Shown here piece by piece: positions 40,294-49,052 of a stretch of 64,000 bases of DNA (its first letter is position 1; the number at the start of each line of letters is the position of its first letter). The notes below the pieces were generated by a model, which saw only the letters and a program-made list of their open reading frames with translations, did no database searches and was not told the DNA's origin. Source of the DNA: Dehalococcoidia bacterium (GTDB lineage: Bacteria; Chloroflexota; Dehalococcoidia; Bin125). The stretch is from the NCBI GenBank assembly GCA_963662615.2, contig CAXXSR010000002.1, positions 576,001 through 640,000 of the forward strand, given 5' to 3'. The position numbers were made by a program, and so were the translations under genes.

Positions 40294-42290
40294 TGGGCAT
40301 GTGGGGCACGGGCACGGCCGGCGGCTGGTCCACCAACATTGGCGGCCAAGGGTTCGGGCACCGCGGCCACTGGGCCTCTCCCGTCGCGCGCGGCGACGGC
40401 TGGGAAGAGTACGGCTCGCTCTACAACCCCGCCATCATCCGTCGCCTGGCCACGTACCTGGGGCCCCACAAGGGCTATGCCTCGATCGCCCTGATCGCGA
40501 TGGTGGTCTTCGCCGCCGCCTCCTACAGCCAGCCGCTGCTGATCACCTTCGCCATCCGCGACTTCATTACGGAGGGCGCTCTGGCCGGGCTCAAGTGGCT
40601 CATGATCGCCTTCATTGGCGTCGCCGCGGTCGCTTGGGCCGCCGAGTTCGTGCGCCAGTGGGCCACGGCCAAGGTGGGCCACGCCATCCTCTTCCGCCTC
40701 CGCACCGATCTCTTCAAGCACATGCTCTCGCTCTCCCAGAGCTTCTACGACGACGCCCAGGTGGGCCGCGTCATGTCGCGCGTCACCTCGGACGTCCAGG
40801 TGCTGCAGGAGCTGCTCACCACCGGCCTCCTCACCGTCATCGCCGACCTCGTGGGCTTGAGCATCGTCATCCTGGCCATGCTGTTCTTGGAGTGGCAGCT
40901 CGCCCTGACCACCTTCACCGTCCTGCCCGTGCTGCTGATCATCATGCTCGTCTGGAGCCGCTTCGCCCGCCGCGCCTTCCTCGACGTTCGAGCGGCCATC
41001 GCGGCCGTCAACGGCACGCTGAACGAGGACCTCAACGGCGTGCGGGTGGTCCAGGGCCTCAACCGCGAAGGCGAGAACGCAAGGCGTTTCGACAGCATCA
41101 ACGCCTGGAACCTGCGCGCCACCCGCCGCGCCGGCCTGCTCTCCGCCTCCGTCATTCCCGTGGTGGAAGTGCTCACGGCCACTGCCACGGCGGCGGTGAT
41201 CATCGTCGCCGGCGTCCGCCTCGCCAACGGCAGCTTGGATCCCGCCGTGGGCATCGCCGCCGTCGTCGGCTTCGCCCTCTACATCCAGCGCTTCTTCGAT
41301 CCCGTCCGCGATCTCGTCTTGCAGTACACCATGTTCCAGCGCGCGATGGCCGGCGCCCAGCGCATCTTCGAGGTGCTCGATACCAAGCCGGCGATCGTCG
41401 ACCGGCCATCCGCACTCTCGCTCCCGGACATCCAGGGCGAGATCGAATTCGACCACGTCTCGCTGGAGTACGTGCCCAACCTGCCCGCCCTGCGGGACAT
41501 CAGCCTGCGTGTCCGGCCGGGGGAGACGGTGGCCCTGGTGGGCGAGACAGGCGCCGGCAAGACTTCCCTCGCCGCGCTGATCAGCCGCGGCTATGACGTG
41601 ACCGAGGGCGCCGTCCGCGTCGACGGGCATGACGTCCGCGACGTCGCGCGCCACTCGCTGGTCCGGCGCATCGGAGTGGTGCTGCAGGACCCCTTCCTCT
41701 TCTCCGGCTCCGTGCTGGACAACATCCGCTACGGCCGGCCCGACGCTACCCGTGCCGACGCCGAGAGCGCGGCCCAGATCGTCGGCGCCCATCACTGGAT
41801 CATGCGCCTGCCCGACGGCTACGACGCCCACCTCAGCGAGCGCGGGCAGAACCTCTCCGTGGGCCAGCGGCAGCTGCTCGCCTTTGCCCGCGCCATCGTC
41901 GCCGAGCCGCGCATCCTCATCCTGGACGAGGCGACCGCCAACGTGGATTCGCAGACGGAAGCGCTCATTCAGGAGGCGATTCGCCGCGTCCTGCGCGGCC
42001 GCACCGCCATCGTCATCGCCCACCGCCTCAGCACCATCCGCTCGGTCGATCGCATCATCGTGATGCACGAAGGCCGCATCGCCGAGCAGGGCACGCATGA
42101 CGAGCTGCTCAGCGGCAACGGCATCTACGCCGACCTCTACCGCATGACCTACGCCCGCCAGGAGACGAGGCGCTTCGACGAGGAGGGCGCGTTGGCGATC
42201 CTCAACGGACTGTGGGAGCGAACCCGCGCCGCGGACCGCCACCCCGTCTTCGGCGATGCCGTCACGCCCTCGCCGCCTCCGCCCGCCTAG
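40293..42290 (+). CDS. ABC exporter, fused permease/ATPase (heterodimer subunit 2)
   Basis: Motifs GETGAGKT, LSVGQRQ, ILDEAT and IAHRLST. Confidence 0.93.
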   Translation: MGMWGTGTAGGWSTNIGGQGFGHRGHWASPVARGDGWEEYGSLYNPAIIRRLATYLGPHKGYASIALIAMVVFAAASYSQPLLITFAIRDFITEGALAGLKWLMIAFIGVAAVAWAAEFVRQWATAKVGHAILFRLRTDLFKHMLSLSQSFYDDAQVGRVMSRVTSDVQVLQELLTTGLLTVIADLVGLSIVILAMLFLEWQLALTTFTVLPVLLIIMLVWSRFARRAFLDVRAAIAAVNGTLNEDLNGVRVVQGLNREGENARRFDSINAWNLRATRRAGLLSASVIPVVEVLTATATAAVIIVAGVRLANGSLDPAVGIAAVVGFALYIQRFFDPVRDLVLQYTMFQRAMAGAQRIFEVLDTKPAIVDRPSALSLPDIQGEIEFDHVSLEYVPNLPALRDISLRVRPGETVALVGETGAGKTSLAALISRGYDVTEGAVRVDGHDVRDVARHSLVRRIGVVLQDPFLFSGSVLDNIRYGRPDATRADAESAAQIVGAHHWIMRLPDGYDAHLSERGQNLSVGQRQLLAFARAIVAEPRILILDEATANVDSQTEALIQEAIRRVLRGRTAIVIAHRLSTIRSVDRIIVMHEGRIAEQGTHDELLSGNGIYADLYRMTYARQETRRFDEEGALAILNGLWERTRAADRHPVFGDAVTPSPPPPA

Positions 42291-42325
42291 CCGCGCGCTC
42301 TCATCGCCGCGCCGCCGCCGCCGAC

Positions 42326-43444
42326 CTACGACTCTGTCTCGTGCGCGCCCCGATCGCGGGCCGCCGCGTCCTGGAACAGCGACGCCTGCTGCGACGCGGA
42401 AATCAGCGGCGCAGGCGCCTCCAGCCCCAGGTGTTCGTAAGCGGCGCGGGTCGCCACGCGTCCCCGCGGGGTGCGCCGGATGAAGCCCAGCTGTAAGAGG
42501 AAGGGCTCGTACACGTCCATGATCGTGTCGGGCTCCTCCGCGATCGACGCTGCCAGCGTGTCCAATCCCACCGGCCCGCCCTCGAACCGCTCGATCAACG
42601 CCCGCAACAGCTCCCGATCACGATCGTCCAGCCCCGCCGCGTCGATTTGCAGCTGTGCCAGCGCCGCATCCGCCACCGCGCCGTTGATCGCGCCGTCGGC
42701 GCGGACCTCCGCGTAGTCCCGCACCCGCCGCAGCAGTCGGTTGGCAACGCGCGGCGTTCCCCGCGCGCGGCTTCCCAGCGTCGTTGCTCCCTCGGCGTCG
42801 ATCACCACGCCGAGCCTGCCGGCGTTGGTGTGGACCAGCCCCACGAGCTCGTCCGCCGCGTAGAAGTCGAGCCGCTCCACCAGGCCGAAGCGATCCCGCA
42901 ACGGCGAGCTCAACATGGCGTAGCGCGTGGTCGCCCCGATTAGCGTGAACGGCTTGATCGCCAGGCGCACGCTGCGCGCCCCCGGCCCCTTGCCGATCAT
43001 CACCTCCATGGCGTAATCCTCCATAGCGGGATAGAGGATCTCCTCAACGCCACGCGGCAGCCGGTGAATCTCGTCAATGAAGAGCACGTCATGCTCTTGC
43101 AACGTGGTGAGGATGCCCGCCAGGTCGCCCGGCCTGGCGATCGCCGGGCCCGACGACGTCCGCAGGCTCACCCCCATCTCCGCCGCTACGATGCGCGCCA
43201 GCGTCGTCTTGCCCAATCCGGGCGGGCCGTAAAAGAGGACGTGGTCCAGGGGCTCGTCCCGCCCCCGCGCGGCGGTGATGGCGATCGCCAGCGAATCCTT
43301 GAGCGCCGCCTGCCCTACGAACTCGCTCAGCTGCCGCGGCCGCAGCGACCGCTCCATCACCTCGTCGGCTGGATCGAGGTCAGGCGCCGTCAGACGGCCG
43401 CCAATCGCCGCGTCGCTGTTGCTGGGAGGGCTGCTCTGCGTCAT
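42326..43444 (-). CDS. ruvB: Holliday junction branch migration helicase RuvB
   Basis: Motifs [32 protein letters not shown] and RTPRGR. Confidence 0.97.
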   Translation of the reverse strand: MTQSSPPSNSDAAIGGRLTAPDLDPADEVMERSLRPRQLSEFVGQAALKDSLAIAITAARGRDEPLDHVLFYGPPGLGKTTLARIVAAEMGVSLRTSSGPAIARPGDLAGILTTLQEHDVLFIDEIHRLPRGVEEILYPAMEDYAMEVMIGKGPGARSVRLAIKPFTLIGATTRYAMLSSPLRDRFGLVERLDFYAADELVGLVHTNAGRLGVVIDAEGATTLGSRARGTPRVANRLLRRVRDYAEVRADGAINGAVADAALAQLQIDAAGLDDRDRELLRALIERFEGGPVGLDTLAASIAEEPDTIMDVYEPFLLQLGFIRRTPRGRVATRAAYEHLGLEAPAPLISASQQASLFQDAAARDRGAHETES

Positions 43445-43498
43445 CCGGCCGCTCGCGCGCCTCGCCTGACCGGCCTGGACACGGCCGGCCACCCCGTC

Positions 43499-43520
43499 AC
43501 TATACACGCACACGTGTTCT
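43499..43520 (-). promoter_or_regulatory. LexA-type SOS box adjacent to the extended -10 of ruvB
   Basis: Minus strand reads AGAAC-ACGT-GTGC immediately followed by GTGTATAGT. Confidence 0.65.
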
Positions 43521-43698
43521 GGTTGGCGCGGCCTCTTCGCGCTCCCCGCGGGTCCGCCGACCCAATGACCGCGAGCCCATCGCAACCCGCCGCCATGGTG
43601 ATCCCCAGACTCACAGAGGGACGCGCGCCGCGATCGACTGCACGCCGCTCCTGGGCGCGCGGATTCGCGACTCTCCTCACCTCCGTCGTCTTCCGCAT

Positions 43699-43712
43699 AA
43701 AACATCTGTTCG
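43699..43712. promoter_or_regulatory. LexA-type SOS box in the ruvB/thyX intergenic region
   Basis: AAAACATCTGTTCG (reverse CGAAC-AGAT-GTTT). Confidence 0.7.
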
Positions 43713-43751
43713 ACATCTACGCCAGCGTGTTACGCTCGCGTTGCTGACGGC

Positions 43752-43790
43752 ATGTTGGCCGTATGTTGGCCGTATGTTGGCCGTATGTTG
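43752..43790. repeat. 11-bp tandem repeat x3.5 upstream of thyX
   Basis: ATGTTGGCCGT units. Confidence 0.9.
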
Positions 43791-43853
43791 ACCCCATGCT
43801 GATGCCCGCTGGCCCTCCGGAAGCCTAGACCGTCGGCCGGATCGGACCCAGAC

Positions 43854-44681
43854 TTGCCCATCCAAGTCACCCTCATCGACCACACGCGCGACCCCGTTCG
43901 CGCCCTCTACATGGCCTACCGAGTCTGCTACTCGGCGCTCACGCCTCAACAGGTCCTCGCTCGCATCGACGACGACCGCATCACCCAGGCCAAGATGGCC
44001 ACCTTCGTCGCCGAGCGCCTGGCCACCGGCCACACGTCGCCCCTGGAGCAGGTCTGGTTCGAGTTCGGCATCAGCGGCGTCTCGCGCGCCTTCAGCCACC
44101 AGTTCGTCCGCCACCGCATCGGCATCTCCTTCGAGCAGCAGAGTCAGCGCTACGTCACCTACAAGGACGGCTCCTTCCCCTTCACCGTCCCCAAGACCGT
44201 CGATCAGGCCGGCATGACCGGCGACATGGAGGCCCTCTTCGAGCAGGCCGGGCAGCTCTACCAGAAGATGATCGATAACGGCGTCCCCGCCGAGGACGCC
44301 CGCTTCCTCCTGCCCAACGCCACCAACACCAACTTCAAGATCGCCGTCAACTTCGCCGAGCTGCTGCACATCTGCGACCAACGGCTCTGCACGCGGGCGC
44401 AGTGGGAGTTCCGCCGCGTCGCCGCCCTCATGCGCGCCGAAGTCGTGCGCGCCGTCCCGGAGCTGGGGCGCTACCTCCAGCCCAAGTGCGGCGAGCTTCG
44501 CATGGGCTACTGCGACGAGGACTACGACGCCTGGCTCGCCTGCCCCATCGGCCGCAAGCGCCCGCACAAGCAGGAACTCTTCCGCCTCTACGACGCCTAC
44601 CGCAAAGGCGACCTCAACGACCTCGACGCCGCCGACTTCGCCCTCATCGAGCAGCAGCAGATCGAAGGTGCCATTTCATAG
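43854..44681 (+). CDS. thyX: FAD-dependent thymidylate synthase
   Basis: Motifs GHTSPLE, HQFVRHRIGISFEQQSQRY, EDARFLLP and RLC.RAQWE. Confidence 0.96.
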   Translation: MPIQVTLIDHTRDPVRALYMAYRVCYSALTPQQVLARIDDDRITQAKMATFVAERLATGHTSPLEQVWFEFGISGVSRAFSHQFVRHRIGISFEQQSQRYVTYKDGSFPFTVPKTVDQAGMTGDMEALFEQAGQLYQKMIDNGVPAEDARFLLPNATNTNFKIAVNFAELLHICDQRLCTRAQWEFRRVAALMRAEVVRAVPELGRYLQPKCGELRMGYCDEDYDAWLACPIGRKRPHKQELFRLYDAYRKGDLNDLDAADFALIEQQQIEGAIS

Positions 44682-44839
44682 GCCCATCACGCCAATTGCC
44701 CTTGTCTTAGGTCTTCATCTCCGACGTTGGGAGGAGACGCAGGTCACAGCCAAGTGGCAATTGAGCGCAACTGGAAGCAGCGGCAAGCTGGGTCCGGGCA
44801 CTGCCCCTGGGTTCTTTGGCAACAGGTCCCCGAACGGGA

Positions 44840-44881
44840 CTTCCCATTTCTCCACCTCATTTGTGGTAGCGTAATGGGAAG
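44840..44881. promoter_or_regulatory. inverted repeat, probable operator of the cassette's XRE protein
   Basis: CTTCCCATT...CCAC-N7-GTGG...AATGGGAAG, ending 35 nt before ATG 44917. Confidence 0.55.
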
Positions 44882-44916
44882 CGGCGGCTCATCGTAGGGA
44901 ACTCGGGAGGACTTCG

Positions 44917-45573
44917 ATGGTAGATAACGCCACTGTCCGCGCGGAGCCTGTTCCTGTTGCGAGCCGGCTCTACGAACTCGGTGTCGGCGAGAACATCTTG
45001 CGCGATGCTGTCAAATCAGGCTCCCAGCACGTCTTCGACTGCACCGCCAACGATCCACCCTGGCTGCCCGGAATGCTTGGATCGGGAAAAATAATTCGCG
45101 CTCTTCGAGATTTGCTTCTGCCCCAAGGTTGGAAGCGGAGCAACGAGCGGAACTATGCGATAACGATTGACCCTACTGGCACCTACGCAATTGCCGTTGC
45201 AGCGGGCGATGATCACACAGACGAAGCGGACAAAGATCCTTCTACCCGGTCAGAAAAAGGGTCGGCAGCGAAGGATGCCGTCGCTGAAAACCAACTGACC
45301 TTCTCGCTGATTGACAAAGATTTCCCTCGGGCGGCGGAGCCTGGAAGCAATCCGAAACAAACGTGGATACTTCTCTATTTCATTGACGAGGACGCCGACG
45401 AAATTAGGTGTGAGATCTCGTTGCCGGCGCGACTGAGCGACGATGGACACGTGAATAGCTGGCGAGAGCGGGTCATCCTCCGAGCAATCGAGTTCGCCGA
45501 GCCGCCGCCACAGAAGACAGATCATATGGCGGACGACGAGATCGACGTTCCAGTTGAACGGCGGGCCGTTTAA
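44917..45573 (+). CDS. hypothetical protein, putative toxin/effector of a RosmerTA-like pair
   Basis: GGGAGGA SD. Immediately precedes the HTH-peptidase gene. C-terminal TWILL..EIRCEISLP..G..W.ERVIL pattern. Confidence 0.75.
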   Translation: MVDNATVRAEPVPVASRLYELGVGENILRDAVKSGSQHVFDCTANDPPWLPGMLGSGKIIRALRDLLLPQGWKRSNERNYAITIDPTGTYAIAVAAGDDHTDEADKDPSTRSEKGSAAKDAVAENQLTFSLIDKDFPRAAEPGSNPKQTWILLYFIDEDADEIRCEISLPARLSDDGHVNSWRERVILRAIEFAEPPPQKTDHMADDEIDVPVERRAV

Positions 45574-45580
45574 ACCTGCG

Positions 45581-46678
45581 ATGTTGGCGTTCAATCCGCA
45601 AAGACTCGATCTTGCACGGAGACGACGCGGGTTAACGAAGATCGAACTCGCGTCGGCGGCGAAAATCTCTCGCCGCATATTGACCGGGTACGAACGCGGC
45701 GAATACGAACCCAGCCCTGGAACCCTGGCGGCGATGGCTGACAAGCTGCGGTTCCCTGTTGAGTTCTTTGGCGGGCCCAATCTCGATCAACCACCAATCG
45801 AGGGTTCTAGCTTCCGCGCCCTCAGCAGGCTTACGGCAAAGCTACGGGACCAATCGCTCGGCGCTGGCGCTCTCGCACTGGCACTGTCTGACTGGATTGA
45901 TGCACGGTTCGTGCTCGCTGAGCCGGAAGTTCCACGGCATCAGGGCATCGACCCAGAGACGGCAGCCATGGCTGTCCGCAGCGAGTGGGGGCTAGGGGAA
46001 CGACCGATTCGGAACATGGTGCACTTGCTTGAGGCGCATGGAGTCCGTGTGTACTCCCTCTCCGAGGAGTGCGCAGAGATGGACGCGTTCTCCTTCTGGC
46101 GTGGAGAGCTGCCCTACGTATTTCTAAACGCCATGAAGGCAGCGGAGCGTAGTCGCATGGACGACGCGCATGAACTCGGACACCTTGTGCTTCACTGGCG
46201 AGGCGGTGCCCGCGGTCGTGACGCTGAACGTGAAGCAGACCTGTTCGGTGCGGCATTCCTCATGCCACGTGACAGCGTTATCGCCGGTGTCACGCGCGGC
46301 GCAAGACTTCGCGACATCATCAAATCGAAGAGCCAATGGAAAGTGTCCGTGACAAACCTGACCTACCGCATGCACACGGTGGGTCTGTTGAGCGACTGGG
46401 AGTACCGCAGTCGTTTCATCGAAATCAGTAAGAAGGGGTACCGAACGAGCGAACCTCGCCCGGTGCAACCGGAGAACTCGCAGGCCCTGGAGAAGGTGTT
46501 CAACCAACTACGGCAGGAAGGCGTCTCTCACGGCGACGTAGCCCGCGAACTCTGCATACCTCCCGACGAACTAAGCAAGCTAATTTTCGGTCTCGTGTTG
46601 ACGCCAGTTGGCACGGAGCCGCGGGGTGATCAGCGCCCGTCTAATCCGCCCACCAGATCAAGGCTGCGACTTGTCTAG
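45581..46678 (+). CDS. XRE HTH + IrrE/ImmA (M78) Zn-metallopeptidase
   Basis: HTH FNPQRLDLARRRRGLT..ELA, plus FRAL, AHELGH and EREADLFGAAFLMP. Confidence 0.93.
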   Translation: MLAFNPQRLDLARRRRGLTKIELASAAKISRRILTGYERGEYEPSPGTLAAMADKLRFPVEFFGGPNLDQPPIEGSSFRALSRLTAKLRDQSLGAGALALALSDWIDARFVLAEPEVPRHQGIDPETAAMAVRSEWGLGERPIRNMVHLLEAHGVRVYSLSEECAEMDAFSFWRGELPYVFLNAMKAAERSRMDDAHELGHLVLHWRGGARGRDAEREADLFGAAFLMPRDSVIAGVTRGARLRDIIKSKSQWKVSVTNLTYRMHTVGLLSDWEYRSRFIEISKKGYRTSEPRPVQPENSQALEKVFNQLRQEGVSHGDVARELCIPPDELSKLIFGLVLTPVGTEPRGDQRPSNPPTRSRLRLV

Positions 46679-46723
46679 GATTACGGCCGCCATGCCCCGG
46701 CGTCCTCCCGCTACCCTGCCCCC

Positions 46724-47344
46724 GTGACCGCCTCAACCCCCCCCGACGACCCCACCCTCCCCCCCGCCGACCGCTGGGACGCCCGCTACCGCGCCCGCCT
46801 CGCCGAGGCCCCGCCCGACGACGAGCCCCACCCCTTCCTCGTCGAGCAGGCGCACCGCCTTCCCACTTCCGGCCGCGCCCTCGACATCGCCACCGGCCTC
46901 GGCCGCAACGCCCTCTGGCTCGCTCGACGCGGTCTGCGCGTCACCGCCGTCGACGTCTCCCGCGTCGCCTGCGACCATCTCGACGCTCGCGCCCGCGACC
47001 TCCACCTCCCTATCGACACCGTTTGCCTTGACCTGGAGCGGGCCCCGCTGCCGCCGGGCCCCTTCGACCTCATCGTCAACACCCTCTACCTGCAGCGCTC
47101 GCTCGCCCCCCAGATCCAGGACCGCCTCGCCCCCGGCGGCCTCCTCCTTTTCCTCACCATGCTCGAGGGCGGCCGCGACCTGGAGCCGCCCGTGCACAAG
47201 GAGTACCTCCTCCAGCGCGGCGACCTGCGTGCCCTCTTCCCCCATCTCGATGTCGTCCTCTACCGCGAGGACCCCGCCGACAGCCCCGTCCGCCCTAACG
47301 CCTACCTCCTCGCGCGCAAGCCCTCTCACACCGTTCAGCATTGA
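46724..47344 (+). CDS. class I SAM methyltransferase (TehB-like)
   Basis: Motifs WDARY, ALDIATGLGRNALWLA and FDLI. Confidence 0.88.
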   Translation: MTASTPPDDPTLPPADRWDARYRARLAEAPPDDEPHPFLVEQAHRLPTSGRALDIATGLGRNALWLARRGLRVTAVDVSRVACDHLDARARDLHLPIDTVCLDLERAPLPPGPFDLIVNTLYLQRSLAPQIQDRLAPGGLLLFLTMLEGGRDLEPPVHKEYLLQRGDLRALFPHLDVVLYREDPADSPVRPNAYLLARKPSHTVQH

Positions 47345-47387
47345 GCCGTACGCCGGCAGTAGCTACCGCGAGCGCCCGCCAGTCGCC

Positions 47388-47443
47388 CCGTTCATCCTGA
47401 GCTTGCCCGTCCTGAGCTTGCCGAAGGGTCGAAGGGCGAACGG
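47388..47443. repeat. REP-like CCTGAGC...GTCGAAGG element with a second copy nested inside it
   Basis: CCGTTCATCCTGAGCTT[GCCCGTCCTGAGCTTGCCGAAGG]GTCGAAGGGCGAACGG. Confidence 0.75.
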
Positions 47444-47468
47444 CCTGCGGCCCACCCCGTTCGTCCCT

Positions 47469-47514
47469 CCCCCTCGCCATCGCTCACCGATGGAGAGGGG
47501 GCCGGGGGGTGAGG
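47469..47514. repeat. REP-like palindrome CCCCTCnCCAT...ATGGAGAGGGG-GCnGGGGGTGAGG
   Basis: Close copy at 52299-52345 and a degenerate copy at 50041-50090. Confidence 0.8.
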
Positions 47515-47575
47515 TTTCCCACTCCCGCTAGCCTGCCCTCGTGACCGCCGAAAAGTCGAAGGAGCGAGCGATCCC

Positions 47576-47935
47576 TCAACCTCGCGGCTCCTCGATGATC
47601 TGCACGTAGTTCCCGTCCGGGTCCTCCATCGTCGCCACAACGCCCCCCCACTCCTCACGCTCGGGCCGCCGCACGAAGGACACCCCCTGCCGCTCGATCC
47701 GCTTCGCTTCCTCGCGCACGTCCCGCACGAACAGGTTCAGCTGGACGCGGGCCGGGTCCAGATTCCGCCCCGCCACGCGAGAATGGCGGATGATGCGGAT
47801 GTTGGCCTCGCCCGCCCGGAACACCGCGTCCTGGTACTGCGACAGCCGCGGCAGCTGCAACACCTCCTCGTAGAACGTCGCCAGCCGCTCCGGCTGCTCG
47901 CTGCCCAGCATCACCGTCAGCTCCTGCACCTCCAT
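47576..47935 (-). CDS. VOC/glyoxalase family protein
   Basis: Sequence LATFYEEVL...WGG..ATMEDPDGNYVQI. Confidence 0.9.
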   Translation of the reverse strand: MEVQELTVMLGSEQPERLATFYEEVLQLPRLSQYQDAVFRAGEANIRIIRHSRVAGRNLDPARVQLNLFVRDVREEAKRIERQGVSFVRRPEREEWGGVVATMEDPDGNYVQIIEEPRG

Positions 47936-47972
47936 CTGCGCCCCTTCCCCCGGCAGGTCGATCGAGCCGGCG

Positions 47973-48815
47973 TCAGTCGCCCTCTGCTACCTCCAACACC
48001 AGCCCGTCCGTCGCCACGATCAGCTCCCCGTCGAAGTGCGCCCGCGCCTCCGCCCCCATGTGCTCGGCCGACTCCTCCGCCAGCAGATGCGTCAACACCA
48101 ACCTCCGCGCCCCCGCCGCCTTGGCCATCTGGGCCACCGCCGGCACGGGGCTGTGCACCCGCTGGAACGCCTCCGCGAACCGCTGCGCCACCTCCGGCGA
48201 TTTCGCGCTGCCGAAAAGTTCCACCGCCCGCTCCGTGTAGGCCTCATGGATCAGCACAGCGGCGCTGTCGGCCAGCGGGACCATCACCTCCGGCGCCGGC
48301 TTGGTGTCGCCGCTGTAGACCAGCGATCGCCCCCCGAAGCTGAAGCGGCGGGCCAGGCATTCCAAGTAATCCACGTGAGGGACCGCGCGCGCCTCCATCC
48401 GCATTCCGCCCAGCTCGCGATCATCGCCGGGCCGCGTGATCACCACCTCCACCCGGTCCAGCGCCTCCAGCCGACGGTGCCCTCCCAAGAATCGGTGCTG
48501 CGTCCGCGCGAACAGCCGCGCGCTCTCCACGTACTCCGCCGTGTCGGCCGGCCCGTAGATCGACGGCAGGGGCGTCTCTTCGAACGCCCAGCGGGTGAGC
48601 AGCTCGCCTAGGCCCATGGCGTGGTCGAAGTGCAGGTGGCTCAGCACAACCGCCTGCAGCTGGCTGGGCTGCAGCCCTGCGCGCAAAAACCGATCCAGCC
48701 AGCCCGGGCCGCAATCCAGCAGCACGCCCGCCTCACCGTGCTGCACGTAAATCGCCGCGCCGGCCCGCTCGGGATTGAGGCTGACGCCGCCCGTGCCGCA
48801 GAAGGTGATGCGCAC
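47973..48815 (-). CDS. MBL-fold metallohydrolase (RNase Z/AtsA-like)
   Basis: Motifs ITFCGTG, LLDCG, SHLHFDH, YSGDT, LIHEA and LVLTH. Confidence 0.9.
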   Translation of the reverse strand: MRITFCGTGGVSLNPERAGAAIYVQHGEAGVLLDCGPGWLDRFLRAGLQPSQLQAVVLSHLHFDHAMGLGELLTRWAFEETPLPSIYGPADTAEYVESARLFARTQHRFLGGHRRLEALDRVEVVITRPGDDRELGGMRMEARAVPHVDYLECLARRFSFGGRSLVYSGDTKPAPEVMVPLADSAAVLIHEAYTERAVELFGSAKSPEVAQRFAEAFQRVHSPVPAVAQMAKAAGARRLVLTHLLAEESAEHMGAEARAHFDGELIVATDGLVLEVAEGD

Positions 48816-48905
48816 GTCCCTGGCTGCCTTGCGGCCCCCTCCACCGATCCCGAAGCGGAGCGCCGACGCCGCGCTGGTCCGCGGCCGCCTTCACCCCTCG
48901 CCCTG

Positions 48906-48994
48906 CCGGCGCCCCAGGCGCAGGGCGCCTTACCGACGCCCCAGGCGCAGCGCGCCTAACCGACGCCCCAGGCGCGGGGCGCCATACCGACGCC
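48906..48994. repeat. 27-bp degenerate tandem repeat x3.3, intergenic
   Basis: CCGACGCCCCAGGCGCAGnGCGCCnnA units. Confidence 0.85.
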
Positions 48995-49052
48995 GACCTG
49001 CCGCATTCAGGGTAGTGGACGCGCGCCGCCCGTTCTGAGGCCTTGCGCCTGC

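Larger units (their letters stand above)
44670..46693. mobile_element. ~2 kb horizontally acquired two-gene cassette (no recombinase)
   Basis: Visibly lower GC and GC3 than the flanks. Bounded by GCCAT at 44670 and 46689. Confidence 0.6.

Noticed and set aside
42326-43705. 459-aa N-terminally extended RuvB
   Set aside because: The extension crosses the promoter and SOS boxes. ATG 43444 gives a normal-sized RuvB.
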